Below, in pieces: positions 25,055 through 37,190 of a stretch of 64,000 bases of DNA. Below the pieces are notes generated by a model. That model was not told the DNA's origin, made no database searches, and saw only the letters and a list, made by a program, of their open reading frames with translations. Location: contig NC_027217.1 of assembly GCF_000981445.1 (NCBI RefSeq), positions 1,426,001 through 1,490,000 of the forward strand, written 5' to 3'. Position 1 is the stretch's first letter. The number at the start of each line of letters is the position of its first letter. Source of the DNA: Babesia bigemina (lineage: Eukaryota). The translations under genes were made by a program, and so were the position numbers.

Positions 25055-26567
25055 TCTGATATGCTAGTCGGACGTATTTTCCACAAACATTAGCCACGAC
25101 GGCCACAGATAAAACAGCAGCCGCGTCGGCGCAACTCTACCGTAGAATGCCGACCAGATACCAACTTACGCTCCTCCATGCCCCGTTACCAGTCGCACTT
25201 ACGATCCCACCAGAGAACATCAATGGGTCGGATAGCATGACCATATATGACAACAGTAGCATCGATTACGCTTATCAAGGAAGCTTTAGTGCATCAGTAC
25301 TACGTTGCCGTAACCCCGAACAAAACGCATACACATATAACGGACGTCGCGCTTACCGGAAGGATGATTGCCAGTCCGTTAAATGCAGCCGCATATGCAC
25401 ATGCCCAAAACAAAATTAAAAGCGTTTCACTGGCAGCGTTCAGTGCACAACTGTATCTCCCAAAATGCAGAGGCACATAAGAGCCCGGTATGTAACATCT
25501 ATGTGTAGCCAGGTGATGCAAGAATGCTACTTGTTTTTCCTACAACAGCGGTTACGAACAATGCCGGTGTTCACTCACTGGTTGGTGCCGTAATTCAGCT
25601 GGGAGTATAGCACTGGGTCGTCGCGCTGCAGCCGAATTAGCGAATGCATGGCGCGGCCGCTCCTACCTCAAACGACGCCAGAAATTTAAACAGGAAAGAC
25701 GCCAGCGCTACTACAAGCGCCACCACTAACCTGACGAAGCATGTCACATGAGCGATTTAGCGCGTTGGTAGGCGCCGCCTATCGATCGCGGTCACAAACG
25801 TACCATAGCGTGATGTGGTACTGGATAACTTTGGGCGGATGTGAAACGATGGCTTCCGCTGCCGGGGGTACCAGAACTCCGGGGGCCTGAGAGAGCTTCA
25901 GTTGTTATACAGAGGGGCGCGCGCTGAGGGCGGCCACGGCAACTAAACACACCTCAGGGGGTGCCATTCCAAAGAAGAAAATTCGAGACCTGTCTTAGAG
26001 GGAATGACGGCTGTTGGCAATAAAAACGGCCAATGATGCCCCGCAGTGGTACCGCGCGCGGCACAAGCAGGCACACTATGCCTAACAGACGTTCAGCAGA
26101 ACATTGGGCAGTTGCGATGGCATCGCAACCAGTTACGTATGCATTACACCCGTTGTTCGGTCAAATGTCTATCCATCGCTACGGCTTCCATCGCCGCCAC
26201 CCAGGATGATTACGGTTGGGTAGCTTCTAAAACGAGCGCGTTCGTACGCTCCAACTAAACGAGCACAGCCTCACAGATAGATCATAAGTCGAACTGGTGA
26301 GCATTTACTGTTGCACTGACAGTTGTTGAGGCTCTAAGTGTCGCCAAAGTCGCACTTTTTCGTTCCAGCACGCATGGACAAATCTGTGCGAATCCATCTG
26401 AATCAAACGCAGTTCGCGAAAAGTATTTGTTAGCATATACTCAAGAGATAAGCTGTCATTAAAGACGTTTAAAATCGCAACTTTACAAAAACTACATATT
26501 AAGGCATTTTCAGTTTGTAGGCAGCGCCACCCACTCGCTGCCATCGCCGCTACTCTTAGTGCTCGTA

Positions 26568-27372
26568 TCAATGGCGCCACTTTACGTTTGTCTGTGGTTC
26601 GGGTGGCTGTTGGAATGCGAATCCGAGGGGTACATCAGCGCATCCCAAGCATCAGCGATGGCACCCATGTATACTACAAATGCGTCAGCCATGGGGACGG
26701 TTTATCGCATCAGTTCAGCCATGACGAGATGACACAAGCTGCATATGTTATAAGGTAAAACTGCCGGCCTACCAGCTCCATTTCGCTGTAGTCAGCGCGG
26801 TAAAATGCCAAATCCGCCTCGGCTTCCTTCAGCAGCTGGACATCGTGACGAGGTGGCATGCAAGACGAACGCACCTCAAACAAAAGCTGGCGACGAGATG
26901 AAGGATCGGAGTACGCGACTTTCTTGTTGTAAAGTAAATCCTTCTCTGTGGCACTTTGAGGCGAATGCAAAGAAGCGTCGTACCTATATTTGCACGTCCT
27001 TTCTCAGAAGGAGCACTGTGCATCATCTTCTTGTACAGCCTCTCGTAGTCGACCAAAGGCTGTTAGATGGTTAATGCAAAGCTATACCACGTACCTTGGG
27101 CGCGATTATCACAACGGGCGTCCTAATGTCGGAAGAGCCGACCCCGTCCCCTGTTCAAAGAATCCAGAGAGGAGGGCGCCGAACTAACCGGTTGCCACAT
27201 CTAGCTTGCCTTTCTGCTCATCCTTCGGGTATTCTGCGCATCGTCAGCCAATTGGCGCTCGGATCAGCATACCTATGTTCAGGTGGATGCCACCCGGATC
27301 GGAGGCCCCGGTGGCCGCGGAGACGGTGAGGAAGGCTCCTATAAGCGTCGCTACAAATTTTATATACCACAT
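26568..27372 (-). CDS. Small secreted protein (~150 aa), 7 exons, unknown function
   Basis: ATG 27372 MWYIKFVATLIGAFLTVSAATGA signal peptide. Six GT-AG introns splice in frame; last exon is less certain. Confidence 0.7.
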
Positions 27373-27443
27373 TGAAGTGAGAAGGTTGTGTGGATTTGTT
27401 TGGACAAGAACACGTCGTGTGTCCACGTGTGTGTGTGACCACG

Positions 27444-29358
27444 CTACAACAAAAACGACGTCAGTGTGTCTAACACACCATTCACGCCATCGCCGCGCAA
27501 ACACCAGCGCAAATATGACAACGGGCAGACTCGGAATCCGTGCCTGCGGAGATAGTATACGGTGGCATACACGTCAGCGTGAGCTCCAGTTCCCGGCGGA
27601 GACCACGGCTCGGCGGCTGATGCGGATTCACCACCCAAACGCACAAAGTCCGACGGGAATAGAGGTAAAACAGCAACATTCTCTGTCCTAAGCACGGCTA
27701 CCACCGGGAGAATGCCGATGGTGTACCGAACGTTCACATCCTCGCCCAAGTAAGATTCCAAATCAGCGCTTAGCACCCTGGGGGCTCGGCAGACGGCACT
27801 ATTGGAGATGTGCGACTCGATCACGTCTAACAACGTGGTGCCATTTGCGCGTGCTATGTCCTCTAATGTGCGCTCTATACCGCTTGCTGAGTCTACGAGA
27901 GCCCTCGATGCCAACAGAACCAGGTCGCGTAACGATTTGGAGGAAATCCTGCATTTATCAGCTAATGCAAGCGTATTTACCATTCCTGTGTGTAACACCG
28001 GAGGAATACGTAGTAGGAGTGTCAAGAATTCCCCAAGTGCATCATCAGAATCTTCCCTATCGCCCGCAAGCGCAATGGTCTGGTCCCTGCGGTCAGGGGT
28101 GCTTTCCTCTGGCTCTCGGCTGGCATGATCGCCCTTTTCATTACCCCGCACTGCATTTCTATTTTCGCTGCCGCCTTTGTTGCTCGTGTATGCAACAGGG
28201 GCATCGGTCTCATAGAACCGATGTGGGAACTCCGCACGTACGGGGACGTTATCACCATGCAGAATCATGTCGCGCAAGTTGTTGTACGCGTCCTCCAAAA
28301 GCTGACCACACTCAAACTTCCCCTTTGTTACGTACTCTAACACCCTCAGGTGGTCCCAAAAGGTTCCCACGCCTTCGTACGCGTGATACAGTTCAGCTAC
28401 CTTACCTTGTGACGCACCGTCTGGCGGAAGTAGGTGCACCACCTTAAAAAAACTCTCCGAAGGCAGCGTCTCAATGTTGATTCGGTCTATCACAGTGCGC
28501 GGTACCTTAACGCCCAGGCGATCCAAATTCGAACAGAAGAGAGGCAAATCTACTTGTGGGCCATCTGCATCCAGTATGCCCGTACCAGAGCCTTCGCCTT
28601 CATGCACAAGGTGACGTTGGAAAAGCGCGTGAACATCCGCAGTACAATATTCCAACGTCGCATACGCAAACGACAGTATCGCAAGCTCGTTGAGGGTAAG
28701 CCCAGGATGTGCATTAAAACTATCCGTGGCGTGCTTGAGCAGCGCATCGTTGCGATAACTGGAGAGCGCGTACGACGTCAATATGGTTCGCAAATCGTGC
28801 GCGCTGAACCCATCGCTTTTACAAATGAAATTCGCAAGGGATTCCAGAAGGTGGCAGTCCCTAATACCCAAACGCGAAAACGATACCAACAAGCGCACCA
28901 CGCCATACGGTGAAGCCTCGGCAAGACGCAGGTTGAACATCACACTGATTTTAGAAAACAGCGCCGTTGCCCCCTCCAGAAAGTGGCTGTTCGTCGCTGC
29001 GAAGTCGCAGACAAACTCAGCCAATTGGCTGAGCTCATCGCACGTGTACGCTCTGCTCTGGATGGCAATGTACAGAATTGGTTGACGGACCCACCACTTC
29101 ATGGCTTCGAAAAATGAGCTGGTTGATGAAATCGGCATCTTCATCCCTCACAACATAGTCGTAGTTGCGGTAGAAGGCGCAGATGCCCTTCCAAACGCGC
29201 AACGTGTCCTTGCCATCGAAGGAGTCAACCTTGAGTGCACAGCACTCGACGAAGGATCTCCAAAGATGTATGTCGCTATTACTGCACCTAGACACGTCTA
29301 GAGCTATCTTGCCTGTAGAAGAATGTGGTAGGCGCTTCAGGAAGGTGGTAGACAGCAT
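27444..29358 (-). CDS. RAP domain-containing helical-repeat protein; 2 exons
   Basis: 37-nt intron (GTG|gtgggt...atccag|AGC) joins the two ORFs. Repeats ASPYGVVRLLVSFSRLG and FSAHDLRTILTSYA. C-terminal YYLRRHGFRVCPLSYLRW fits the RAP motif. Confidence 0.75.
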
Positions 29359-29582
29359 TAACGAGGAAAAAACAACACACCTAGTTGTTTAGCATGGAGG
29401 GATTTTAGCTCAGATAGGTCGCTCCTGTTGAACGACAGCGATGTGAATCGCCTGAATCTCGATCGAAAGGCAGAAATAAGCTGCCTTCCTTGGAAACGAT
29501 TCCACATTGGTTCATTGTGCAACCTCCGCGCCAGGGCAAGGCGCGAAGAGTGTGGCGGCCGAACCAGACAACAACATATCAT

Positions 29583-31912
29583 ATGTACACGAAAATAACG
29601 TTCATAGGGTGTGTATTATTCATGCTTTTTACGCGCACATGCTCGCCATTCCGCATAGTAACTAGGGGCACAGCTCTCAAGGTGTTGAATCCGCTACGCA
29701 GCCACAGCGTCGGCAAAATGGCCGACAACAACGACGCTTCGTCACCTCTCCGTGAATGGATCATGCCTGATAAGAATGGCAAGCATCTGACTGGCCTTCT
29801 GGTGCGTAATTCGCTGGCGGCGGACGCCAAGGTGGAGTTCGTTCCCGAGGTAAGCCCAGTGTAGTCACCGCGACACTCGGCGCAGAAAGGCAGACGCATC
29901 AACTGGTACTGCTGCGGTCCAACCGTGTACGACACGGCGCATCTGGGACATGCAAGGACTTACGTCGCCTGTGACACAATCAGGAGCATCCTAGAACGGT
30001 ACTTCAACTACGACGTTCACCTCGTGATCAACGTAACCGACATTGACGACAAAATCATACAACGAGCGAACGCGGAGGTGGGTCCGCGATTTGCATAGAG
30101 AATAAGGGGTGCACGCAGCAATGCGAATTTAAAGAGTTGGCAAGCAAATGGGAACACGAATTCTGGGAAGACATGGCCAAGATCGGGGTGGAACCGCCGA
30201 ACGTCATCACCAGGGTCAGCGAGTTCCTGCCGGAAATCATAGATTACATCGAAACAATTATCAAAAACGGCTACGCTTACGAATCCGACGGCAGCGTCTA
30301 CTTCGACATAGAGGCCTTTAGGACGAACGAGGCACACGTATATGCAAAATTGGAACCCACCAGCTTCAATGACCTTGGACGGATAGCGGACGGAGAAGGT
30401 GCGCTCGGGGAGACGTCAATGCATAAGAAGTCTTCGCACGATTTCGCTTTGTGGAAAAAGGCGAAACCGGACGAACCCTTCTGGCCAAGTCCCTGGGGAA
30501 ATGGCAGGCCGGGATGGCACATTGAGTGCAGCGCCATGTGCTCCACTGTCTTCGGCAAGGACTCAATCATAGATATACACTCTGGAGGAATTGACCTCAA
30601 GTTCCCCCACCACGACAACGAAATTGCGCAATCGGAGGCATTCAGCGACCGCAACCGCTGGGTCAACTACTTCGTACATTTCGGGCATCTGCACATCCAG
30701 GGGCTGAAAATGAGCAAAAGTCTCAAGAATTTCATATCAATAAAGGAGCTACTCAATAGATATAACCGAAGGCAGCTCCGCATTCTTTTCCTTACGTCGA
30801 GATACGATGGAACGCTGAACTACAACCCTGGGCCACAGGGCATGGCGGAAGCTGTTGCCATCGACGAAACCCTTTTCAACTTCTTCTCCCTCTTGAATTC
30901 CAGACTCGACAAGAGAGCAAACGTGCAAAAGTTGGGAGAAAACGACCGCAAGTTGGCCGCAGAATTTGACACCTTGAAAGAAACGGTAAGTTGACGCACA
31001 GTTGTATTCGTCACTACGCATTCAGATACACGCGGCATTCTTGAACAATTTCGACACTCCAAAGGTGTTGAAAGCGATATGCGGCTTCATAGGTAGCCTG
31101 AACTCGTACCTTTCTACACCGAATGCCTCCCTTAAGCATGCACAAGGAATCAGTTTCAAAAATTACCTCTACAAAATTCTAGAGGTAAGCGTAGTAAACA
31201 AGTACGTTTCGCAGAATCAATGCAGGTGTTGAAAATAGTGGAGCCGGGCCAGGAATATGGTGTTGAAAAGTCAAGCGAAGGCACAACGTCTGGGCCTTTG
31301 CTGGACCACCTGGTGTCCTTAAGGGCTAAGGTAGGCCATCTAGATGTCATATTTATAATGCACAGACGCGGCTATTTGCGCAAGAATGCATGAAGACTAA
31401 ACAAGTCGACGTCAGCAAGACCATCGAACTTCTGAAAAGTTGCGACAAAGTTAGGGACGAACAATTGCCGGAACTAGGAATCCTGCTCGAAGATCGAGAC
31501 GACGGCGATTGCGTGGTGAAATTTAAATCCAAGTGAGTTCACTCAGTGTTAAAGCGACAGTAATGCCAGGGACGAACAGCTGAAAGATAACCAGCGAAAG
31601 GAGGAATTAAAACAGCAGCGTATTCAGCAGGAGGTAAGTATACCACGTGCAGTCACGAAGTTTATTGCAGAAACAACAAGAAGAGTTGCTGAAAACGCAT
31701 CCATCCGAATTCATTGCACGCAAGTTCCCTGGGAAGTTCAGCAAGTTCGACGATCAGTTCCTGCCTACACACTTGGCTGATGGCAACCCGGTTTCAAAAT
31801 CTGAAAGGCAGTCACTTTCAAAGGTAAGGAGATACCATCGCACCGTATATGATTTCAGGTGCTCGACAAACACACGAAGCAATATCTGAAACGACAGGAA
31901 AACTCAAAGTAG
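29583..31912 (+). CDS. CARS: Cysteinyl-tRNA synthetase with N-terminal bipartite leader; multi-exon
   Basis: [20 protein letters not shown] (HIGH), [38 protein letters not shown] and KMSKSLKNF. Many short GT-AG introns; stop TAG at 31912. Confidence 0.95.
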
Positions 31913-32164
31913 ACACGGCGTGCCTAACTGCGCTGTCCTGCGCATACGACAATGACTTATAGCCCAATGATTACTTTACATGGATTTATGCATTGCCAAT
32001 AAATACATGTTTTTGTTTTATGTCATCCGTTAGTAGGAAATGTATCTTTCAACCGCTGAAGGATAATGACTCGGCGGCGTCCGTGGTATGAAGGACCACG
32101 TACCCGGGTAAAATCGCACAGACAATAAATCTATTAACGTATCGAGGTCAGAGATATATAGAAG

Positions 32165-33344
32165 ATGGCGGAACGCAAGGTTCTCAACAAGTACATCCCA
32201 CCTGATTTCGATCCGGCGGCGCTTCACGCGAACCGTGATATGCTCCGCAACGATGGATACGGTCGTGGCAAGACAACCTTTGCGCGACGCATCAAAGGAG
32301 GTATGAGCGCGCGTATGCTCGACATACGTATGATGTTCCCGTTTACGTTTCGTTGTGAAAGTTGCAGAAATTTCACATACATCGGAACCAAAATGAATTC
32401 CAAGGTCATGCGACTCAAAGAGGATACTTATTTGGGAATTGAAAAACACCGATTCTTTGCCAAATGCCCACATTGCAGTCATCAAATCATTTTCAAAACT
32501 GATCCGCAACACGGCGACTATCTGCTTGAGTCTGGCGGTACACGTACGTATGACGCAAACAGAGATGCGGAATTGGCAGCAGAGGCAGTCTCCAAGGAGG
32601 AGGTAGGTTGTGTATTGCCATGTGTCCATATAATTAAAATATGCCAAACTATGTAGATATCGTATTCAATGTCATTTTACCGAGACGCGCCTTTTCGTGT
32701 GTCATGCAATAACTTGACTCAACGTGTTCATGTATTTAAATTCGCTTATCAGAACTCCGGTTACTGCTTTCACAACTGTTGCACGCTCTTCACGCACCAT
32801 ACATATAACTTTACCCATTTATTTTCAGGATGAAATCGCCGAGAAGCGAGACAAAACCGAGAAAATGATGGAAAAGGCCGATCATGCATACGCTGAATAT
32901 GAGGAGTTGGAACGGTTGACCGCTCTAAAGCGACGATCTGGCAGAATGCGGGACAGAGAGAACGCAGCCGAACTTAGTTTACAACGAATACAAAAGGAAA
33001 AGGAGATTCAGTTCGTACCCCCAGTAGATGATGAAGATGTGGCACTTTTTCGGAAACAACAGCAAGAAATATTTCTCAACTGTTCTGAGGAGGACGATTG
33101 TGATGCGTTTATATCGTCAACAAGGGATGATAACCCTACATATCGTTCGGAATATTTAGAAGAAATTGTTGATGAAGGGGATGAAACTGTTCTTGAGGAT
33201 GGAAAGCAGACGTTTTCAAATGATAAAAAACTGGAGCATAACCTATATACTTCAAGTGCAGTCAAGCAAGCTTTCTCAATCGTTAGCGTGAAAAAGCGGT
33301 GCAATACCATTGTAAATCCATTCGAAGCTTACGACAGTGATTAG
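32165..33344 (+). CDS. YJU2: Splicing factor YJU2/CWC16 (CCDC94); 2 exons
   Basis: MAERKVLNKYIPPDFDP, RMMFPFTFRCESC, YLGI, KCPHC, FKTDPQHGDY..ESG. Intron ~32603-32828. Confidence 0.9.
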
Positions 33345-34198
33345 GATTTTTCAATCGTTGAAACTCTGACGAACATATAAATAATCTCTGCTGTTGATCA
33401 CATTGTACAAATATGCAACGTGTGGCGCACCACGTTTTGGTGATTATACGATGGTTATGCTCTAATGTTTTCGCGTGTATACACGTAGTCTGCTGCCTCT
33501 ATATCAATCTAGGTTGTGTCTTTGATGGTAAGGCATAGCAGGGGTTAATGACCATCACCTCGGTAATGCTCCACAGATGAGAGTATGCTTGGATGGCCAT
33601 CACCCTACGCGAATTTCCAGATGTCGAATGTTTGCGCAACACATCATCACGGAATCTCGCAGAAAACGTGTCAAACTTGGTATGCCCAGAAAAATACAGA
33701 TGTAACTCCGCCACGATTGTAAGTTTGGTGTAAAAATAAATAGTACCCACGATCACAAGAATGAAAACGCATAGCCGAATTTAGAAGTTATGCAATATGC
33801 AGTAGCTTAACAGCCTCGCAGTGAACAGGAGTTCCGCAGTTACGCAACTGCCATTCTACCAAGATACGCCAAAACGGCCGGAATCTCTCATGTGAAATCA
33901 CAGATGCAAACAAATCGCGTATATGCGCTAGACAAAAAGCATTCGTTCAAAAATTGAAGCGTGTGATGCAAAAGAAGTTAGCGTTAATTAGCGTCCTGAA
34001 TACGATCCAAGAGACGCCGAGAAACCTACTCGCCCTCATTACAAGGCAACTATAGCGTGGATGAAGCGCGTAAACGTATAACTTGCGGCAACAACATTTC
34101 AGAAACTAGACTTCTATTCGGTTCCAATAACATCATCGAATTAGGAATCTGACGTCAATTCCTCTTATCTGCGTTTACAGATCATTCAAGCTATCTAC

Positions 34199-34957
34199 TT
34201 AGTAAAATGCCCAGAAACCAGCAAGGTCAAATATTACATCCAGTGCTTGTGAATCCACGGGATTTGTCGTTTTTTGGAGGTCTAAACGACTCAAGCCACC
34301 CCGGCAGCCTTCGCCGTAACCAACTGCTTTCAATGCATCCGCTACATTCCGCTTCTCCTCATTGGGCGCCTCTCCTACAGGAGCAGGACCACCTTCTTCC
34401 TTCAACGAACGTAGACCTGCGTACAACATAGGAGCGATACCAACAAAGACAACTGCGCAAGCTTCCGGGTCCTTCGCGCATGACGAATCCCACGTGGCCT
34501 CTGAGCTGTAAGCAGATTCGTACTGGCCAGGGATCTTGAGGTCATCCAAGAACTTCTCAGCGCCGCCTACAAATCTGCCTAGTTTCTTTGTGATGTTTTT
34601 AGGGGTAAGACCAAATGCCTGGACGACATTCTTATAGTCGCATTCCTCGACGTTTTCTAAGATCGCAGCGAGCTTAGTGGGGTTCTTCGTCTTAGTTCCA
34701 GCGAACCGTTTCAGCAGTTCTTTCACTAATGGCTTGTCTCTGAACTCCTGTCGCCTTAGGAACAACTCGGAAGCATATTTTACTTTTTCAAGAGCCGGCA
34801 ACTTCGTAGATCCAGTAGGCTGGCTTCTGAGGAAAAAGTGAATCGCAGTACTCATAGCCTTCAAGTTCTTTTCAGCATCATCTCCCTTCACGGCCAACAA
34901 CCAATCAATGCCCTCCTTGAGGTTGCGAGGAACCTCAGTCAACGAAGTGTACACCAT
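34199..34957 (-). CDS. Short ves-like (variant erythrocyte surface antigen family, ves2-type) protein, 252 aa
   Basis: N-terminus MVYTSLTEVPRNLKEGIDWLL is the Babesia VESA hallmark. YESAYSSEATW and CAVVFVGIAPMLYAGL are also VESA-like. No VESA1 TM/cytoplasmic tail. Confidence 0.8.
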   Translation of the reverse strand: MVYTSLTEVPRNLKEGIDWLLAVKGDDAEKNLKAMSTAIHFFLRSQPTGSTKLPALEKVKYASELFLRRQEFRDKPLVKELLKRFAGTKTKNPTKLAAILENVEECDYKNVVQAFGLTPKNITKKLGRFVGGAEKFLDDLKIPGQYESAYSSEATWDSSCAKDPEACAVVFVGIAPMLYAGLRSLKEEGGPAPVGEAPNEEKRNVADALKAVGYGEGCRGGLSRLDLQKTTNPVDSQALDVIFDLAGFWAFY

Positions 34958-36542
34958 CTTCTACCCAGTGGTTCAATAACGTAATACCTATAAATTAACG
35001 AATGTTTAATCAATTTGTAGGAAAGTCCACAAGCATACGCGTATTTAACGGGCAAAGGGAACACCAGCTATGTATCAATCGTTGATAGGCACCACAGCGC
35101 TATTGATACCGAATATTATGTGCTTGATTATAACACGTGAAGGGTTATACACGCCGAATCCTGTTAGGATAACGTTGCGTTAAGGATACAGCCGACCCCA
35201 CTAAAACAAGGTCGATACTATTAACGTGGCATGCAGTGTGTACAACGCATGTCATTGTAGTATTTATGTTTCGTAAACATATGACGCACACGGAGTTTTG
35301 CGTTGTTGTTATGTCAGGGGATTAAACGTTAAATTTCAATTTCAGCCCCAGAGTTCAACTGGTATGACACAGCATGAGCCGCTCCGTGTCTGACTCCCCA
35401 CATCTCACCGACATCTACCGGCATAGATACCATGAGATCACGCGCCTTAGTCGCACGTACAAACAGCGACTTGGTTGATGACCCACTATTTCATCAGGAA
35501 TCCGGGTCAGATGTCGACGTGGATGGCCATCCAGATTCGCTGCATTGTAATCACGGGGTGGAGCAGCCAGCCGTCCACCATCAATGTTACCTAGTGATTC
35601 CAGTGTTTTGAACGGATGCGTCACTGTCTATGTTGTGGCGGCTATCTCTGCGTAACAAGTATACCGCGTCCAGCAGATCGTATACAGGCTGAGCATCTTG
35701 CTTCACGCTTCTATGTGATCCAACATTTTTGGGTTGGCGTAGTTACAAATTGATTTGTGTGAGTTGTTGTGGTTTTAACCTCAGTATTGGGTCAAAAATG
35801 CTAAACAACCGTGTCTTCCGTATTAAGGTCACCCAGCTCCCAACCGATATGGGCATCGTCCGCTCACCGCCTTGGCTACCTACCAATCCGGTGTCCTGCT
35901 AATATCTCTCAAATGGCGCATGTAATTGCAGCTCTACGATTGATTTGCCATGTGTTTGTGCGGTTCTCGCAATGCTACGTAATCGAGTGCAACTCGATGT
36001 ATCTCAAGCGTGATTGGCCCTGATTCCTTATTGAGCTGAGGGTTACCGAAAGTGTTTCCTAGCCATCTCATACCGACAACATATCTCAAAGATTCGTCAT
36101 GTTTCTGGCACTTCATACCTGATTGTGAATCACACTCCGCTTTCCCCTCATCCATCCCAGCAAGCCGTAGGCTGCCGCTGCGTAGGGCGGGCACGGGTAA
36201 CTGTGATTTAGTAATTACCAATATAAGTCACTTCAGCCTTATGAATAGTTATGATGTGAAGTGATGTGAACACGCAGTGAGCAAATGAAGTGCTTTCCTG
36301 TTATATTTTTGCCAATGGTGTAGGGTGGCCAAGTGCTCGAACGGTAGTTGGTTGATTAATTTGGTGGTTGCTGAGGGACAATGATCATTGCCGCATTGAA
36401 TCTCTTGTTGAGTATTTGGGGCATAGTCTGGTTTCTAGGTTGTGATGAGATCATGAAAGCAAAAACTTGCATCTTCCCTGGGTGTACCAGAAATACACTA
36501 TTTGTCTTGTGAGATGTGGCATCAAATCCCATTACTGGCATG

Positions 36543-36591
36543 ACATGGTATCGCTAACACAAAACTACAAACATGTATCGTTAACACAAAA
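36543..36591. repeat. Imperfect ~21-nt direct repeat
   Basis: acatggtatcgctaacacaaaa (36543-36564) and acatgtatcgttaacacaaaa (36571-36591). Confidence 0.7.
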
Positions 36592-36736
36592 ATATGATGC
36601 CAACTCAGCACCGACAACTACCACAATCTAAGCAAAACCCATGCCGTCACTGAAGACGCAAACCAGAGCGAACAACACGATCTATGACAATTAAACTCTG
36701 CCACTGACAAAAAAATGACTACATCTGAGCTACTCA

Positions 36737-37190
36737 TTACTTGGCGTAGTAGTTCTCAATCCGGATGGTAGAAATAATGGCCCCCTTGATGGTGACACAT
36801 CGACACTCCAACGGCGGGGTCTGGCGTAACGTTTCCCCAGGTCCCATGCGTTTGCTTTCTAACTTCAGTGTGACAAAGTGAGATGTTCTCGACGCTACCA
36901 ACGAGTCGCTAAGATCTCCCACATTCTTGACTATGCCGTCAACAAAGACATTGTTAAAGCAACCGGGTGGGTCAAGGACGTATGGAGCTGGGCATCAGGA
37001 CGCTACCTCACCTGCGATCATAAGAAGTATCTTGCTACCGAACTGTAGCTCGCCGTCCGCATCGTAGATTTTGTTTGTCTCAGGTTTGAACAGCTCAGTG
37101 GGTGCGTTGTGACGCCACAGCCTTGCATGTACAGGTATGTAGTCTCGACAGCAACTTCAACGACGTGCCACGTGTATTACTTAGGAGTTT
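36737..37190 (-). pseudogene. Decayed C-terminal fragment of a Babesia-expanded 6-Cys/s48-45-like family gene
   Basis: Reconstructed YMQGCGVT/(frameshift ~37107)APTELFKPETNKIYDADGELQFG..AS*CPAPYVLDPPGCF..GPGETLRQTPPLECRCVTIKGAIISTIRIENYYAK*. In-frame TGA at 36995-36997. Confidence 0.7.

Noticed and set aside
26028..26052. Minus-strand ACCACTGCGGGGCATCATT resembling RNase MRP RNA CR-V
   Set aside because: No matching CR-I (GAAAGTCCCC-like) at a plausible distance.
35415..36541. Short ORFs in the accessory island
   Set aside because: No recognisable motifs, starts or splice structure; could be decayed sequence but unsupported.
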